In this document: positions 28,963 to 39,077 of the stretch, in pieces
Numbering within the stretch: the stretch's first letter is position 1
Layout of the letters: each line of letters begins with the position of its first letter
Notes under the pieces: generated by a model
What the model was told of the DNA's origin: nothing
The model's database searches: none
Seen by the model: the letters and a program-made list of their open reading frames with translations, nothing else
Source: a virus
Lineage: Duplodnaviria > Heunggongvirae > Uroviricota > Caudoviricetes
Strand: one strand, 5' to 3'
Length of the DNA: 64,000 nucleotides
IMG/VR virus record: IMGVR_UViG_3300010356_003454
Coordinates: 8,820-72,819 of that record
Made by a program: the position numbers and the translations under genes

Positions 28963-31578
28963 ATGCAAAATGCTAATGAGCTATTATATCAGATCCTTCA
29001 AGTTGTAGGAAAGATTGAAGCAAATCAAAGGGGTTCAGCAAAACCAGCTGCGACAGTTCCTGGCCCAGCTGGATCGGGAGATGGATCAATAGCTTCAAAA
29101 CTAGGAGGAGCATTAAAATCCTTTGCTGGGATAGGTCCTAAATCTACAAAGACCTTTTTTACCTTTCTAAGAGGAATGATGGATATTTCATCTAAATCGA
29201 AGGATAAGGATGTTAAGAAAATGCAGACCATTGCGGATTCTCTCGGAATTATGGGCACTTCCCTGCCTTCTATTGCTGAAGGTCTTGGGGACTTGGGAAA
29301 AATTAGAGCAAAACAAGTTGAGAGAGCTATCTGGAGTTTGGATCAGCTATATGAATTCATGGCTGAAGCTGGTGAAGCTAGAAAGAGGAGAAAGGTTGAG
29401 AATGCAGTAAAAACATTTGAAAAAATGGGTAAAGCACTAAAAGACGTTGCTAAACCTGTTAAAGATATATCCCTTTCTTTTGCATATTTGGGACTTGGTA
29501 TACTTGCACTTGCAGGATCCCTAGTATTGACAGGAATGCTCCTGGGATTAGCTAAACCCACGGATGTATTATTATTCCTGGGCGGTCTAGTTGTGGGGGT
29601 TCTTTTGATGTTTGGCCTACTCTGGATGGCTAAGAAAATTGTAGATAAAGGAACAGATGTAATTAAAGATATAGGTCTTGGAATGGCCGCGCTTTCTTTA
29701 GGAATTCTTTCATTCGCTATTACATTAGTTCTTCTTCCAAAGATATTAGGTGGAGAATCTGGCGGATCAATCATTAAATCCATGCTTATGATTGTTGGGA
29801 TTGTTGCTGCTATGGCTTTAATATTTACAATTCTTGGAGCAATGAAGAGTATGACATTTAAGGGATTTATGAGTATTGTTTGGATGTCTGCAGGACTTAT
29901 AGTCTTAAGTGTAGGAATTTTGGCTTTAGCAATGACCGCCAAATTACTGATGACGGGTATGACTCCTGCTTCAGCAACTGATGAGGAGAAAGACAAGAAT
30001 AAGAAATTTATCATGAAAGGCCTTGGAGTTATTGGTCTTATAACTCTAGCAGCCGTAGGATTATTTGCTCTATTAGGAACTCCTGTAGTAGCAGGTCTTG
30101 TTATGACAGGTGCTATAACAATGATCCTATTATCAGCTGCACTTATACTTCTCGCTAAGAGTATAGGAAAACTTGTAGAAACAGGAAAAGCTCTGGAAGG
30201 GGAAGATATCGGAGAGGTATTAACAAAACTTATAGGAGGATCATTAGAAGGATTTCTAGGAGGGATTTCTGTTCTATCCGGAGGGAAGAAGGGATTTGCG
30301 GCTGTTGGCGAATTTATTAAAAATAGTGCTAAGATATTTGCGGGAACCGCAGTCTTAATGTCTATGTCTCTTGCTCTATCTCAATTTGCCAAAGCTATTA
30401 CGGCTTTTGCAGAACTTGAAAATATGAGAATCATAGAGGGATATGACAAGGATGGCAAACCTATATTTGGAGAGAAAGTTAATGTTACAAAAGTTGCATC
30501 TAATATTACTACTTCTATTTCTTCATTTCTATCGGCTCTTATTGCCTCTACAGAAACATTAACCAGAGATCAAGCTGGCGCTATTCAGAAAATGGCCAGA
30601 GCGCTTACTGGAAGAAGAGGTATATTAACAGCTGTTATACAATTTAGTGATGCTCTTAAGACATATGCTGAATTCGGTGAATCGAATGAAATTGGATATG
30701 TAGAGTATGATGAAAATGGAAAGGAAATACGTAAGAAGGTTTCTGCTTCAGCAGTTGTTGATAATATGATCGGATCCTTCCTCTATTTTACAGAAAGATT
30801 ATTTGGAAGATCAGAGGAAGAATTTGGTGATGGCGAACCAGGGGAAGCAGGTGCATCAGGAAAGCAGAAAAGAAGGATTCAAAGGATGGCAAAAGCTCTT
30901 ACCGGAAAACATGGTATTTTAGGAGCAGTTATGCAATTTACTGAAGTATTAAAAGTATTCGCTGAATTTGGAACAGATAATACTATGCCTTTATTTGATG
31001 AAGAAGGCAAACCTATTATGGAGGGGGGAAAACCCAAAAGAATTTCTATGGAGCAGGTCGCAGGAAATATTGTAGATTCCTTAATAACCTTTTCTGATAC
31101 TTTAGCAACAAAACTAGAAGGTAAAACAACAACTAAAGATGCTAAGCAAGCATTACAGAAATATGAAGGCATGATTAATCAGCTGAATAAATTATCTTCT
31201 TCTATGAGCGGCCTAAGTAAAATGACAGCTTCTATACAAGACTTAGCTGATGGAATAGGAGATTTAGCTGTTAATATTGAAAAAATGGATGCAGAAAAAT
31301 TAACTGATGTTCTAAAAAGAATATCCGAGGGATCTTTGGAAATATCCACTTCATCAAAATCTTATGCAGGAGCTTCTGCTGCTTCAACAACAGCTTCCTC
31401 ATCGAAAGGTAAGGAAACCGCAATGACTACTAAAACGGGAGAACCTAAATGGGATGTAATTGCTGCTCAGATTGGGCTATCGGTAGGACAGCAGATAACA
31501 GAAGCGATGAAGAAGGGTCAAGTGAAATTTGAATTTTCAGGAACAGGATCCAATAAGGGGATTTTAGAATTGGGATAA
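28963..31578 (+). CDS. Tape measure protein
   Basis: 871 aa, Ala/Gly/Leu-rich helical with long hydrophobic stretches and an internal repeat (RMAKALTG..GIL.AV.QF); located after tube and hub genes. Confidence 0.7.
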   Translation: MQNANELLYQILQVVGKIEANQRGSAKPAATVPGPAGSGDGSIASKLGGALKSFAGIGPKSTKTFFTFLRGMMDISSKSKDKDVKKMQTIADSLGIMGTSLPSIAEGLGDLGKIRAKQVERAIWSLDQLYEFMAEAGEARKRRKVENAVKTFEKMGKALKDVAKPVKDISLSFAYLGLGILALAGSLVLTGMLLGLAKPTDVLLFLGGLVVGVLLMFGLLWMAKKIVDKGTDVIKDIGLGMAALSLGILSFAITLVLLPKILGGESGGSIIKSMLMIVGIVAAMALIFTILGAMKSMTFKGFMSIVWMSAGLIVLSVGILALAMTAKLLMTGMTPASATDEEKDKNKKFIMKGLGVIGLITLAAVGLFALLGTPVVAGLVMTGAITMILLSAALILLAKSIGKLVETGKALEGEDIGEVLTKLIGGSLEGFLGGISVLSGGKKGFAAVGEFIKNSAKIFAGTAVLMSMSLALSQFAKAITAFAELENMRIIEGYDKDGKPIFGEKVNVTKVASNITTSISSFLSALIASTETLTRDQAGAIQKMARALTGRRGILTAVIQFSDALKTYAEFGESNEIGYVEYDENGKEIRKKVSASAVVDNMIGSFLYFTERLFGRSEEEFGDGEPGEAGASGKQKRRIQRMAKALTGKHGILGAVMQFTEVLKVFAEFGTDNTMPLFDEEGKPIMEGGKPKRISMEQVAGNIVDSLITFSDTLATKLEGKTTTKDAKQALQKYEGMINQLNKLSSSMSGLSKMTASIQDLADGIGDLAVNIEKMDAEKLTDVLKRISEGSLEISTSSKSYAGASAASTTASSSKGKETAMTTKTGEPKWDVIAAQIGLSVGQQITEAMKKGQVKFEFSGTGSNKGILELG

Positions 31579-31622
31579 AACCTCTAATCAATCTTTTCAT
31601 ATAATTTATAAACTATTATTGA

Positions 31623-32687
31623 ATGAAGCAATATTTAGATCTACTCCAAAATATCTTAGATAATGGAGTTGAAAAAGAAAGTGGTCGTGCTAATATGCCT
31701 AATACTATTGAGATATCTAAAGGAGATATTTCAATGGATCTTTCAAAGGGATTTCCCCTTCTCACTACAAAAAGAATGTTCTGGAAAGGAATTGTTCATG
31801 AACTATTATGGTTTTTAAGAGGAGAAACCAATATCAAATATCTTGTAGACAATAACGTAAATATCTGGAATGGGGACGGATATAGATGGTATTTGAAAAA
31901 GTATCATGATCGATCCAGTGGTGATGAATTATCAATGGATGAATTCATCGAATTAATAAAAAATCCTTATTGCGATGACAAGCCAGAACTTCCTTATTGG
32001 ACAGAAAATAGCGGAGAGAGATACACGTTGGGAGATTTAGGTAAGGTTTATGGATACCAATGGAGGAATCAGAACGGTGTCGATCAGATTGCTGATATTA
32101 TTAAGGATCTGAAAGAGAATCCATACGGAAGATATAAAATTTTGGATGCCTGGAATAAATCTGATTTTAGAGATATGGCTCTTCCGCCTTGTCATCTGCT
32201 TTATCATTTTATAGTAAGACCTATATCTAATATTGAAAGAAACGAGTGGTATAGAAATCATGGACCAATTCATACAAATAGATTTGATCCAGATTATCTT
32301 TTTGATGACCCATTTTTAGATAAAGAAGGGGTTTCTAAATTCTATCTGGACCTTAACATGTATCAACGTTCATGTGATACGTTCCTTGGTGTTCCTTTTA
32401 ATATTGCATCAATGTCATTATTACTAATGATTATTGCTAAGACTGTAAATATGATACCAGGCGTAGCTAATTGGATAGGCGGTCATACGCATTTATATGT
32501 AGATCATATACCTGTAGTAAAAGAGCAGATTTCCAGAACTCCATTAGATCTTCCTAAAATGAAGATAAATAGAGAGCTTAATAGCTTAGATGATATATTA
32601 GCATTAACTATTGATGATTTCCAATTAGAAGGGTATGAATATCATCCATCTCTTAAGGCTGAATTGTTTACCGGACTTAAAAAATAA
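31623..32687 (+). CDS. thyA: Thymidylate synthase
   Basis: FPLLTTK, ELLWFLRG, LGKVYGYQWR, ALPPCH, YQRSCDTFLGVPFNIAS. Confidence 0.95.
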   Translation: MKQYLDLLQNILDNGVEKESGRANMPNTIEISKGDISMDLSKGFPLLTTKRMFWKGIVHELLWFLRGETNIKYLVDNNVNIWNGDGYRWYLKKYHDRSSGDELSMDEFIELIKNPYCDDKPELPYWTENSGERYTLGDLGKVYGYQWRNQNGVDQIADIIKDLKENPYGRYKILDAWNKSDFRDMALPPCHLLYHFIVRPISNIERNEWYRNHGPIHTNRFDPDYLFDDPFLDKEGVSKFYLDLNMYQRSCDTFLGVPFNIASMSLLLMIIAKTVNMIPGVANWIGGHTHLYVDHIPVVKEQISRTPLDLPKMKINRELNSLDDILALTIDDFQLEGYEYHPSLKAELFTGLKK

Positions 32688-32696
32688 TTCTTATGA

Positions 32697-32969
32697 ATGA
32701 CAAAAATTTGGGAATTTTTACAGAAACTATATTGGGATGCTTACGATTTGCCTAGTTTTTATTTAGGTATTGAAGGGGAAACAGCATGTCATATCTTTAC
32801 TGCATTATTTTTAATTCTTTTGGCATTAGGATGGGTTTGGATAATAAAAATGAGAATTGAAATATATCATATAAGAAAGAGCCGTCGGGCAACAAAAAAA
32901 CGAATTGATAAATTACTTCTGGGTGTGCTAGAAGAAAAGGATAAAAATAAAAAAGCTAAAAATATTTAA
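32697..32969 (+). CDS. Small membrane protein
   Basis: One hydrophobic segment (IFTALFLILLALGWVWII) and a basic tail. Confidence 0.55.
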   Translation: MTKIWEFLQKLYWDAYDLPSFYLGIEGETACHIFTALFLILLALGWVWIIKMRIEIYHIRKSRRATKKRIDKLLLGVLEEKDKNKKAKNI

Positions 32970-32970
32970 C

Positions 32971-33822
32971 ATGGCTATAAAAAAATTGGGATTAACGATC
33001 AACGCCTTCGACGCATCAGAACTATTAGAGCATCTTATTGAAGAAATAAGGGATCAGGTTGATTGGGTAGCAGCAATATATCAGAAAAAGAGCTATTGGA
33101 AAAATCCAATGGATAAAAAGGATATGGATGAGATTACTAGATTGAAAGAGATAGGTCTCATTGATGAACTTATCGAATTTAAACCTAATTTTGCGAAGTA
33201 TTCTAGAGAACAGGAGTGTGATAAGAGAAATATGGGAATTGAAATTGCTAAACAAAGAGGATGCTCCCATATTCTAAATATCGATGCAGATGAATTCTAT
33301 GATGCAGAGCAGTTTAGGACAGCAAAAGAAATGATCAATAAGAAAGGATGGCCTATTACATATTGGAGTTATGTAAATTACTATAGGGATTTTGAACACT
33401 ATCTTGTTTATCCTTTCAGACCGCTAGTTCCAGGAATACATTCAACATTCTTCAGCTATACTTATCAAGGACCTGCTCCTGGACCAACAGATCCTACTAG
33501 AAGAATTATGAATCCTCATAATATAGGAACTTATGTCTTTCCGGATGAGGTAATCAGAATGCAACATTTAGCTTGGGTACGAAAGGATTTAAGAAAAAAA
33601 CTAGTTAACTGGAGCGCTAAAAACCATTTTGAAAAAGAGCTTATTGATAAAGCTGTAGAGAGATGGGAAAATTGGCAGGAGGGTCAAGATGCTATAATGC
33701 TATTTAATGTTCCTGATAAGAGCGTGAAGGTTAATAAGCTAGAAAAAAGAATTACAAAAATTCGAGTTCCCTGGGTTGAAGAAATGATGGAAGAGTGGAA
33801 AGCAAAGAATGGGCATGTATAA
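32971..33822 (+). CDS. GT-A fold (family 2-like) glycosyltransferase
   Basis: N-terminal strand LTINAFD..ELLEHLI, KRNMG, HILNIDADEFY (DxD motif), late QHLAWVR. Confidence 0.75.
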   Translation: MAIKKLGLTINAFDASELLEHLIEEIRDQVDWVAAIYQKKSYWKNPMDKKDMDEITRLKEIGLIDELIEFKPNFAKYSREQECDKRNMGIEIAKQRGCSHILNIDADEFYDAEQFRTAKEMINKKGWPITYWSYVNYYRDFEHYLVYPFRPLVPGIHSTFFSYTYQGPAPGPTDPTRRIMNPHNIGTYVFPDEVIRMQHLAWVRKDLRKKLVNWSAKNHFEKELIDKAVERWENWQEGQDAIMLFNVPDKSVKVNKLEKRITKIRVPWVEEMMEEWKAKNGHV

Positions 33823-34531
33823 GGGAATAATATACTGTGCTATTTCTCCAAATGGAAAAAGATATATTGGACTTTCCACAAAATCACTAAATCAAAGGAA
33901 GTCCCAGCATTTTTTGATTTTCAAAAAATCTCCAAGGAATCTGTATTTTTATAATGCATTGAGGAAATATGGTTTTGATAATTTTGAATGGATTCTTCTT
34001 GAAGAAATAGAGGCCGATTCAAAAATTGATTTATTAAAGGATCTTAAAATCCTAGAATCATTCTATATTTCTAAATATAACACTTCTAAAAAAGAGTTTG
34101 GATACAATCTAACATTAGGAGGGGATGAAGGTCCTAATGAAGATACGATTGAAAAAATCAAAAAAATAAATACCGAAAAATGGACGGATCCGGAATATAG
34201 GAAAAAGCAGGAAGAAAATTGGGAAGATGCAGAATTTGTCGAAAAATTTAAAAATATTATGAAGGGATTAAGCAATGAAAATTCCAGAAAAATAAAAGAA
34301 AAATGGACGGATCCGGAATATCGAGCTAAATTGGTTAATATAAGAAATACGGATGAATATAAACAAAATCAAAGAAATAATGCTTTAAAACAATGGGAGA
34401 ATCCAGAAATTCGAGAAAAAAGTTTAAAAAGTTTTAAAGAGAAAATCTGGAATAATCCAGAGAGAAATAAAAAAATAAGTGATGCTCTGAAAAGAAATGC
34501 CATCGAAAAAAGAAAAAAAAAGGAGGTTTAA
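33809..34531 (+). CDS. GIY-YIG homing endonuclease
   Basis: GIIYCAISPNGKRYIGLS..FYNALRKYGFDNF..GYNLTLGG; EKWTDPEYR repeat. Confidence 0.85.
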   Translation: MGMYKGIIYCAISPNGKRYIGLSTKSLNQRKSQHFLIFKKSPRNLYFYNALRKYGFDNFEWILLEEIEADSKIDLLKDLKILESFYISKYNTSKKEFGYNLTLGGDEGPNEDTIEKIKKINTEKWTDPEYRKKQEENWEDAEFVEKFKNIMKGLSNENSRKIKEKWTDPEYRAKLVNIRNTDEYKQNQRNNALKQWENPEIREKSLKSFKEKIWNNPERNKKISDALKRNAIEKRKKKEV

Positions 34532-34542
34532 GACTCCTTTTT
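34516..34542. terminator. Bidirectional terminator between convergent genes
   Basis: A run-GGAG..CTCC-T run. Confidence 0.6.
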
Positions 34543-35208
34543 ATTTTTTGATTCCTTTAGAAATTTTCTAAATCTAGGATAGTATTCCTCCCCTACCGAA
34601 TCAACAAAATCCCTCATTGAAGGATCATGTCTCTCTTCATGAGTTATTAGCTGAACTGAAGTAGGATCCACATTAAATTTTAGAGCTGTATCAAATTCTT
34701 GAACAATATAATGAAGAATGTTTCCTTGCGCATCATCTTTGATTCCAATAACTTTTCCGTGAATCTTTTTATTTTTCCCTAATACTTTTCCTTTAACTTC
34801 TGATCCTGCATGAATATATCTTTCATCTCCTTGCGGTGTAGCTGGTTGCTGAAGAATAGGGTCTAGAGGCTTTATACTATAAGTATACATTAGATTAGGT
34901 CCACCGTTATTAGACGAACTCTGGCCAAAACCAAAGCCTCTCCCGTATACGCGACCACCCATAGATGGATTTCCGTATCCCCCAGATCCTCCGCCCCATA
35001 CGGCATATCCAGCTCCTCCTATTCCCTCTTTTAATACATCCTCCAAATCCTCTTTCCTAACCATTCTGGTCATTCCAGAGATATCTTTAGATAATATTTG
35101 GAGATCAGGATCTTCAAAAAGAAATAATTTCTGAATTTCCGGATTATCTAGGCTTTCAGAACTTACGTAATATTCTTTTCCTTTTACTATGACTTTTTCG
35201 CTGTTCAT
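34528..35208 (-). CDS. Hypothetical protein, Gly-rich, possible internal head protein
   Basis: VLKE-GIGGAGY.. and a terminal PRFRKFLKE motif; late-promoter motif upstream. Confidence 0.6.
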   Translation of the reverse strand: MNSEKVIVKGKEYYVSSESLDNPEIQKLFLFEDPDLQILSKDISGMTRMVRKEDLEDVLKEGIGGAGYAVWGGGSGGYGNPSMGGRVYGRGFGFGQSSSNNGGPNLMYTYSIKPLDPILQQPATPQGDERYIHAGSEVKGKVLGKNKKIHGKVIGIKDDAQGNILHYIVQEFDTALKFNVDPTSVQLITHEERHDPSMRDFVDSVGEEYYPRFRKFLKESKNKKES

Positions 35209-35215
35209 ATCTTAT

Positions 35216-35686
35216 TTATCCTTTTAGCCATTCCTTCTTTGATAGGAATCCAGAAGCCATTCCATCCTGATAATGAAAGACCCTGGTTCCATCTGGTAAT
35301 TTTCCTTCTTGCCATATAAATGTTCCCCATTTATTAGTATTTGCCTGCCTCTTTTTAGGACCAACTGGCTGAAATTCTGCTAAGAATTCTTCGGAATCAA
35401 CATGTTCAGGCAGCTCGTTTTCAATATACCAGTCTTCATCAAATCCTGCATAGTCAGTAAATGCTAATGGATCTGAAGGATTATACTCTATTTCTTCTAA
35501 AAAATCAGGTGGAAGTCCTCCTTTTTGAAACCACTCTCTAGAGGAGTCACCTTCCATCGAATCTACTTCAGGAAATCCTTGCGATAGAATAGCCTTTTTA
35601 ATTCCATGATGGCCTATTCCTAGAGTATCATAAATATCGCCACCTCTTTGAAATTTTGCAGTCTCAAAAACTTTTTTAGCTCTCAT
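35216..35686 (-). CDS. Hypothetical protein with MRAKKVFE..FQRGGD...LGIG leader
   Basis: Leader shared with 51471..51872 and the C-terminal part of 46728..47630. Confidence 0.65.
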   Translation of the reverse strand: MRAKKVFETAKFQRGGDIYDTLGIGHHGIKKAILSQGFPEVDSMEGDSSREWFQKGGLPPDFLEEIEYNPSDPLAFTDYAGFDEDWYIENELPEHVDSEEFLAEFQPVGPKKRQANTNKWGTFIWQEGKLPDGTRVFHYQDGMASGFLSKKEWLKG

Positions 35687-37203
35687 TAGACAAATAGCAT
35701 ATATTCAATTTTGATATTAAATGTATGAGGATTATAGACATAGAATCCATCAATTAGATTATCGCAATCAGGACATCCGTCTGGAGCAGTAGTCCAAGCA
35801 TAGAAATCTCCAAACTTTCTCCAAAGATCGTTTGATGTAATATAATCCAAATAATCCCCGGCACTCATGATTGTTTCCGTAGATGATCCATTCATTCCTA
35901 CATCAAGTTTCTTAATGAATTTTTGATAATAAGTGGATGAATCTAAATATGTCTTAACAATAGAAGTGGACTCATTAATTCTTATTTCCTTACAATCCTC
36001 TAAAGTAGTTATTTCTTTTTCGCAATTATACAAAGTACATCTAATAAGCGAAACATCATATATTATGGAATTATAGATAGAAGAGTCAGATATTTCAGAA
36101 TTCCAAATGGTTGTCTCGTTTATAACAGAATTCCCTATAAATGATCTTTCTGATGCATCTATTTGAAATAAGTTAATATTGCTTTTTTCTATAACACTAT
36201 TTTGGAAATCCGTCCAGTATATCCTGGATTCGGTTATAGAGGAATCAACAACACTACAATTTATTAGGGAGCAATCATTTACAAGATCCGCAGGACCGAT
36301 TGTGATATCTTCTAAATCCATATCATATAATCCTGTGGTTACATCCTCAACAAATGGTCCAAAAATTATACTCGGATCAAAAGTTATTTGAATTTGGCTA
36401 AAATAATTGTCTATTTCAATAGGCTCATAAATTTTAACATAATCATTAACATGTTTAATATAGAGCCATTTATCATAAGGGGATTCAGGAGTAGAATTAG
36501 GATATGTGCTCTTCATAATTATTCCCTGCATAGCTCCGTTTGGATATTTAGCATAAAGAATATCATAGTCTTCTGATTCTTCTAAAGTATATGAATCCAA
36601 ATTGGCCTCATGAGGAAATGGGGATGCAGAATCTATTGATGCATCGATAATATTAAGTATAACATTAGAAGCTGTAAAATCAAATCCATCTACATCACCT
36701 GTAAATATTAAAGCGCTTGAATCAAGAGAGGCAGTAATGTTTATTCCCAAATTTCCAAATTGGATATTAAGAGCATCCACAATATTTATATTCTGAGAAT
36801 AATTTGCGGTGACATCTATAGCTTGATTGTAAAATTTAAAATTCTTATAGTAATTAATTGATAAATCAACACTAAAGAAATATGGATTTAGGGATTCATT
36901 ATAGCTTACTAGATATGGTAACAAAAATCCCTGCTGTCTCTGTTGAAGACCCTTTGATAGACCGGGAATATAGACTACCTCTCCCTGCCCTAAAACTTTA
37001 GTCTCAGTACTATAAGCAGTTACAGGTATAGATAAATTTGAAAAATCTATTTTTGCTAATATATCGCTTCCTGATATTATTCCTATTCCATCCTTAATAA
37101 ATTCTAGATTTGCTGAATCGGAAACCCCTGCACAGGGGGATAGAGCAGGATATACATAATCATTGCTGGGATTGTTAAATACGTCTATAGCCATTATAAG
37201 CAC
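35686..37203 (-). CDS. Putative virion structural protein
   Basis: 505 aa, D-x-S rich, with pentapeptide-like (S.I..S.I) segments; late-promoter motif upstream. Confidence 0.55.
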   Translation of the reverse strand: MLIMAIDVFNNPSNDYVYPALSPCAGVSDSANLEFIKDGIGIISGSDILAKIDFSNLSIPVTAYSTETKVLGQGEVVYIPGLSKGLQQRQQGFLLPYLVSYNESLNPYFFSVDLSINYYKNFKFYNQAIDVTANYSQNINIVDALNIQFGNLGINITASLDSSALIFTGDVDGFDFTASNVILNIIDASIDSASPFPHEANLDSYTLEESEDYDILYAKYPNGAMQGIIMKSTYPNSTPESPYDKWLYIKHVNDYVKIYEPIEIDNYFSQIQITFDPSIIFGPFVEDVTTGLYDMDLEDITIGPADLVNDCSLINCSVVDSSITESRIYWTDFQNSVIEKSNINLFQIDASERSFIGNSVINETTIWNSEISDSSIYNSIIYDVSLIRCTLYNCEKEITTLEDCKEIRINESTSIVKTYLDSSTYYQKFIKKLDVGMNGSSTETIMSAGDYLDYITSNDLWRKFGDFYAWTTAPDGCPDCDNLIDGFYVYNPHTFNIKIEYMLFV

Positions 37204-37228
37204 CTTTATTTTATCTATTTATTCAAAC

Positions 37229-37253
37229 AAAAAAAGAGGTTCTGAACCTCTTT
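37229..37253 (-). terminator. Intrinsic terminator (minus strand)
   Basis: AAAGAGGTT/AACCTCTTT stem; the A run on + reads as a U tail on -. Confidence 0.7.
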
Positions 37254-37279
37254 ATCTAAATTATATAAATATTTGTTAT

Positions 37280-37573
37280 TTAGCACATTTCTATAGATAC
37301 ATCTGGGAAATCTTCTTCATAGTCTATATCTTCGTATTCCTCCTCCCTAGTGGCATAAGGCTCTAGATCAGACCAGTTCATATTATTTCTTAGCCAATCC
37401 TCAATTTCATATTCTGAATTAAGGGCATAATCTACTTCTTCTAGCCATTCATTGGATCCTATTTCATAACCATCGACAGATGAATAATAGTTTGCTCTAT
37501 TTTCTGCTATCACCTGCGACGGAACAAAGAAAATATCTCCATTAGGGAATTGGATCTTGATACTTTTTTTCAT
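37280..37573 (-). CDS. Hypothetical acidic protein
   Basis: ATG at 37573 preferred; Trp-containing conserved-looking core (DWLRNNMNWSDL). Confidence 0.6.
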   Translation of the reverse strand: MKKSIKIQFPNGDIFFVPSQVIAENRANYYSSVDGYEIGSNEWLEEVDYALNSEYEIEDWLRNNMNWSDLEPYATREEEYEDIDYEEDFPDVSIEMC

Positions 37574-37584
37574 GATTCCTGTTT

Positions 37585-37770
37585 TTAATAGAAGCAAAGT
37601 CCTATATAATCATCGTCATCTACTGTAGATAGTCCAAATGTAACATTAACTCTTTGAGAAGGCAGATCAACATCAACTTCTTGTATTTCCACATTATAGT
37701 GTCCTATCATATCATCAAGTTCATCCTTAATGATCTTTTTGATCTCTTCCTTATTTAGTTCTTTGCTCAT
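37585..37770 (-). CDS. Hypothetical protein
   Basis: ATG at 37770 follows the late-promoter motif. Confidence 0.55.
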   Translation of the reverse strand: MSKELNKEEIKKIIKDELDDMIGHYNVEIQEVDVDLPSQRVNVTFGLSTVDDDDYIGLCFY

Positions 37771-37786
37771 TTTAATATATATCCGA

Positions 37787-38080
37787 CTATATCCTATCCC
37801 ATGTGCGCCTTTCTCTAGGCTCAGGTATTCCAAATTTATTTAAAACTGGTTTTTCTTTCGGGACTGCTTTGACATCCACAACCTCAACCCCATCAATAAC
37901 CCGAGATGCATAATTTTCTGTCTTTCCAGAAGACGGATCAATATTCACCTCTTTTTTCCTAATTCTCTCTATCAGATCTTCTCCTGGAGAATATGGTTTA
38001 AGTTTTTCTAGGGATACTTCTGAATCTTTATCTGGGACGAGCTCTTTTTCTTCCCCTTGATCTAAGCTCGTCCCTAAGCT
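37787..38080 (-). CDS. 97-codon -1 frame extension of 38074..39066 (no start codon of its own)
   Basis: Hand-translated SLGTSLDQGEEKELVPDK...PEPRERRTWDRI*; entered through A-AAA-AAA at 38086-38080; fills the gap up to the next promoter. Confidence 0.65.
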   Translation of the reverse strand, partial: SLGTSLDQGEEKELVPDKDSEVSLEKLKPYSPGEDLIERIRKKEVNIDPSSGKTENYASRVIDGVEVVDVKAVPKEKPVLNKFGIPEPRERRTWDRI

Positions 38081-39066
38081 TTTTTTGAGGTTGGCGTTTT
38101 TTCAGGATCGTGTTTTACGAAAGCTCCCTTGGAAAATACATTATGATCGTCGTCAACATATTCAGCCATGAGATGCCATCCTCTCATCTTATTAACTGGA
38201 GCAGGATAGTATTTTCCATCTTTTTTCTCTTCATATACCCTAGGATGAGGATCCACTGTGACGGTTTCGGTTTTTATATCAATCTCAGGGATTTTTTCTT
38301 CTTTTGCTATCATTGAATCCTGAAGATCCATGAGATATTCTTGTTCTTCTTCAAAAGCCCTGTCCAATTCTTTATCTTCTAATAGAATACCTTCTGGAGA
38401 TTCTTCTATCTCTTCATCTGGTATTAGCTCAAAAGCCTCATCTGGGGGTGGTTCAGAATGAATTTCTTCGGATTCTTTAGACTCAGATAATTCCCTTTCC
38501 CTTATCCTTTTCTGAATTTCATTTTCAATAATTTCTTCTACTCTTTCAGGCGGAAGTTTCTCATCTTCATCGTCCTCCCCACCTAATTTTTCTCCTTTCG
38601 CTAAACGAATATTATCAGCAACCAATGCTGTCATACCTAAAGCCACAATAGGGAGAAGAGCTCCGGATATCCATGAAATAATAACTTTATACATTTCTTG
38701 ATTTTCAGCCTGTACTCCAAAAAGAATAGCTCTTTGCCAATAGGTCCAATCTGTTGATCCACTACTGTCCATAAATTTAAAGGAGGCATAAACGTTTGCT
38801 GTAACTTGAAGCGCTGTTAATAGGATCATCATTAGCCAAGCTAATATTCGATTCTTATTTTCTGTCATAAGAATGGAGAAAAGAACTGCTGCCTGACCAA
38901 TTTCATATGCTGCACCAAGCAATATTGCTAGGCCTAGTGAATTTGCAAGCTGAAAGAACGTTATAGCATGCAGGGTTGAAACGAAAGCAACTGCTAAATA
39001 TAGAGCAGTAAAGGTACCTATTAAGGCCCAATATAATTTTTTACTTCTATGAATTAATTTTGACAT
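38074..39066 (-). CDS. Membrane protein (about 4 TM helices) with long acidic tail
   Basis: Four hydrophobic segments in the first 150 aa, then an E/D-rich region. Confidence 0.75.
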   Translation of the reverse strand: MSKLIHRSKKLYWALIGTFTALYLAVAFVSTLHAITFFQLANSLGLAILLGAAYEIGQAAVLFSILMTENKNRILAWLMMILLTALQVTANVYASFKFMDSSGSTDWTYWQRAILFGVQAENQEMYKVIISWISGALLPIVALGMTALVADNIRLAKGEKLGGEDDEDEKLPPERVEEIIENEIQKRIRERELSESKESEEIHSEPPPDEAFELIPDEEIEESPEGILLEDKELDRAFEEEQEYLMDLQDSMIAKEEKIPEIDIKTETVTVDPHPRVYEEKKDGKYYPAPVNKMRGWHLMAEYVDDDHNVFSKGAFVKHDPEKTPTSKKA

Positions 39067-39077
39067 ATTATTTTATT

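Noticed and set aside
31623-32687. thyA as a dCMP hydroxymethylase for DNA hypermodification
   Set aside because: It keeps the Asn in VPFNIAS typical of dUMP-specific thymidylate synthases.
34175-34321. Exact 24-nt direct repeat (34175-98 and 34298-321)
   Set aside because: Explained by the EKWTDPEY DNA-binding repeat within the endonuclease.
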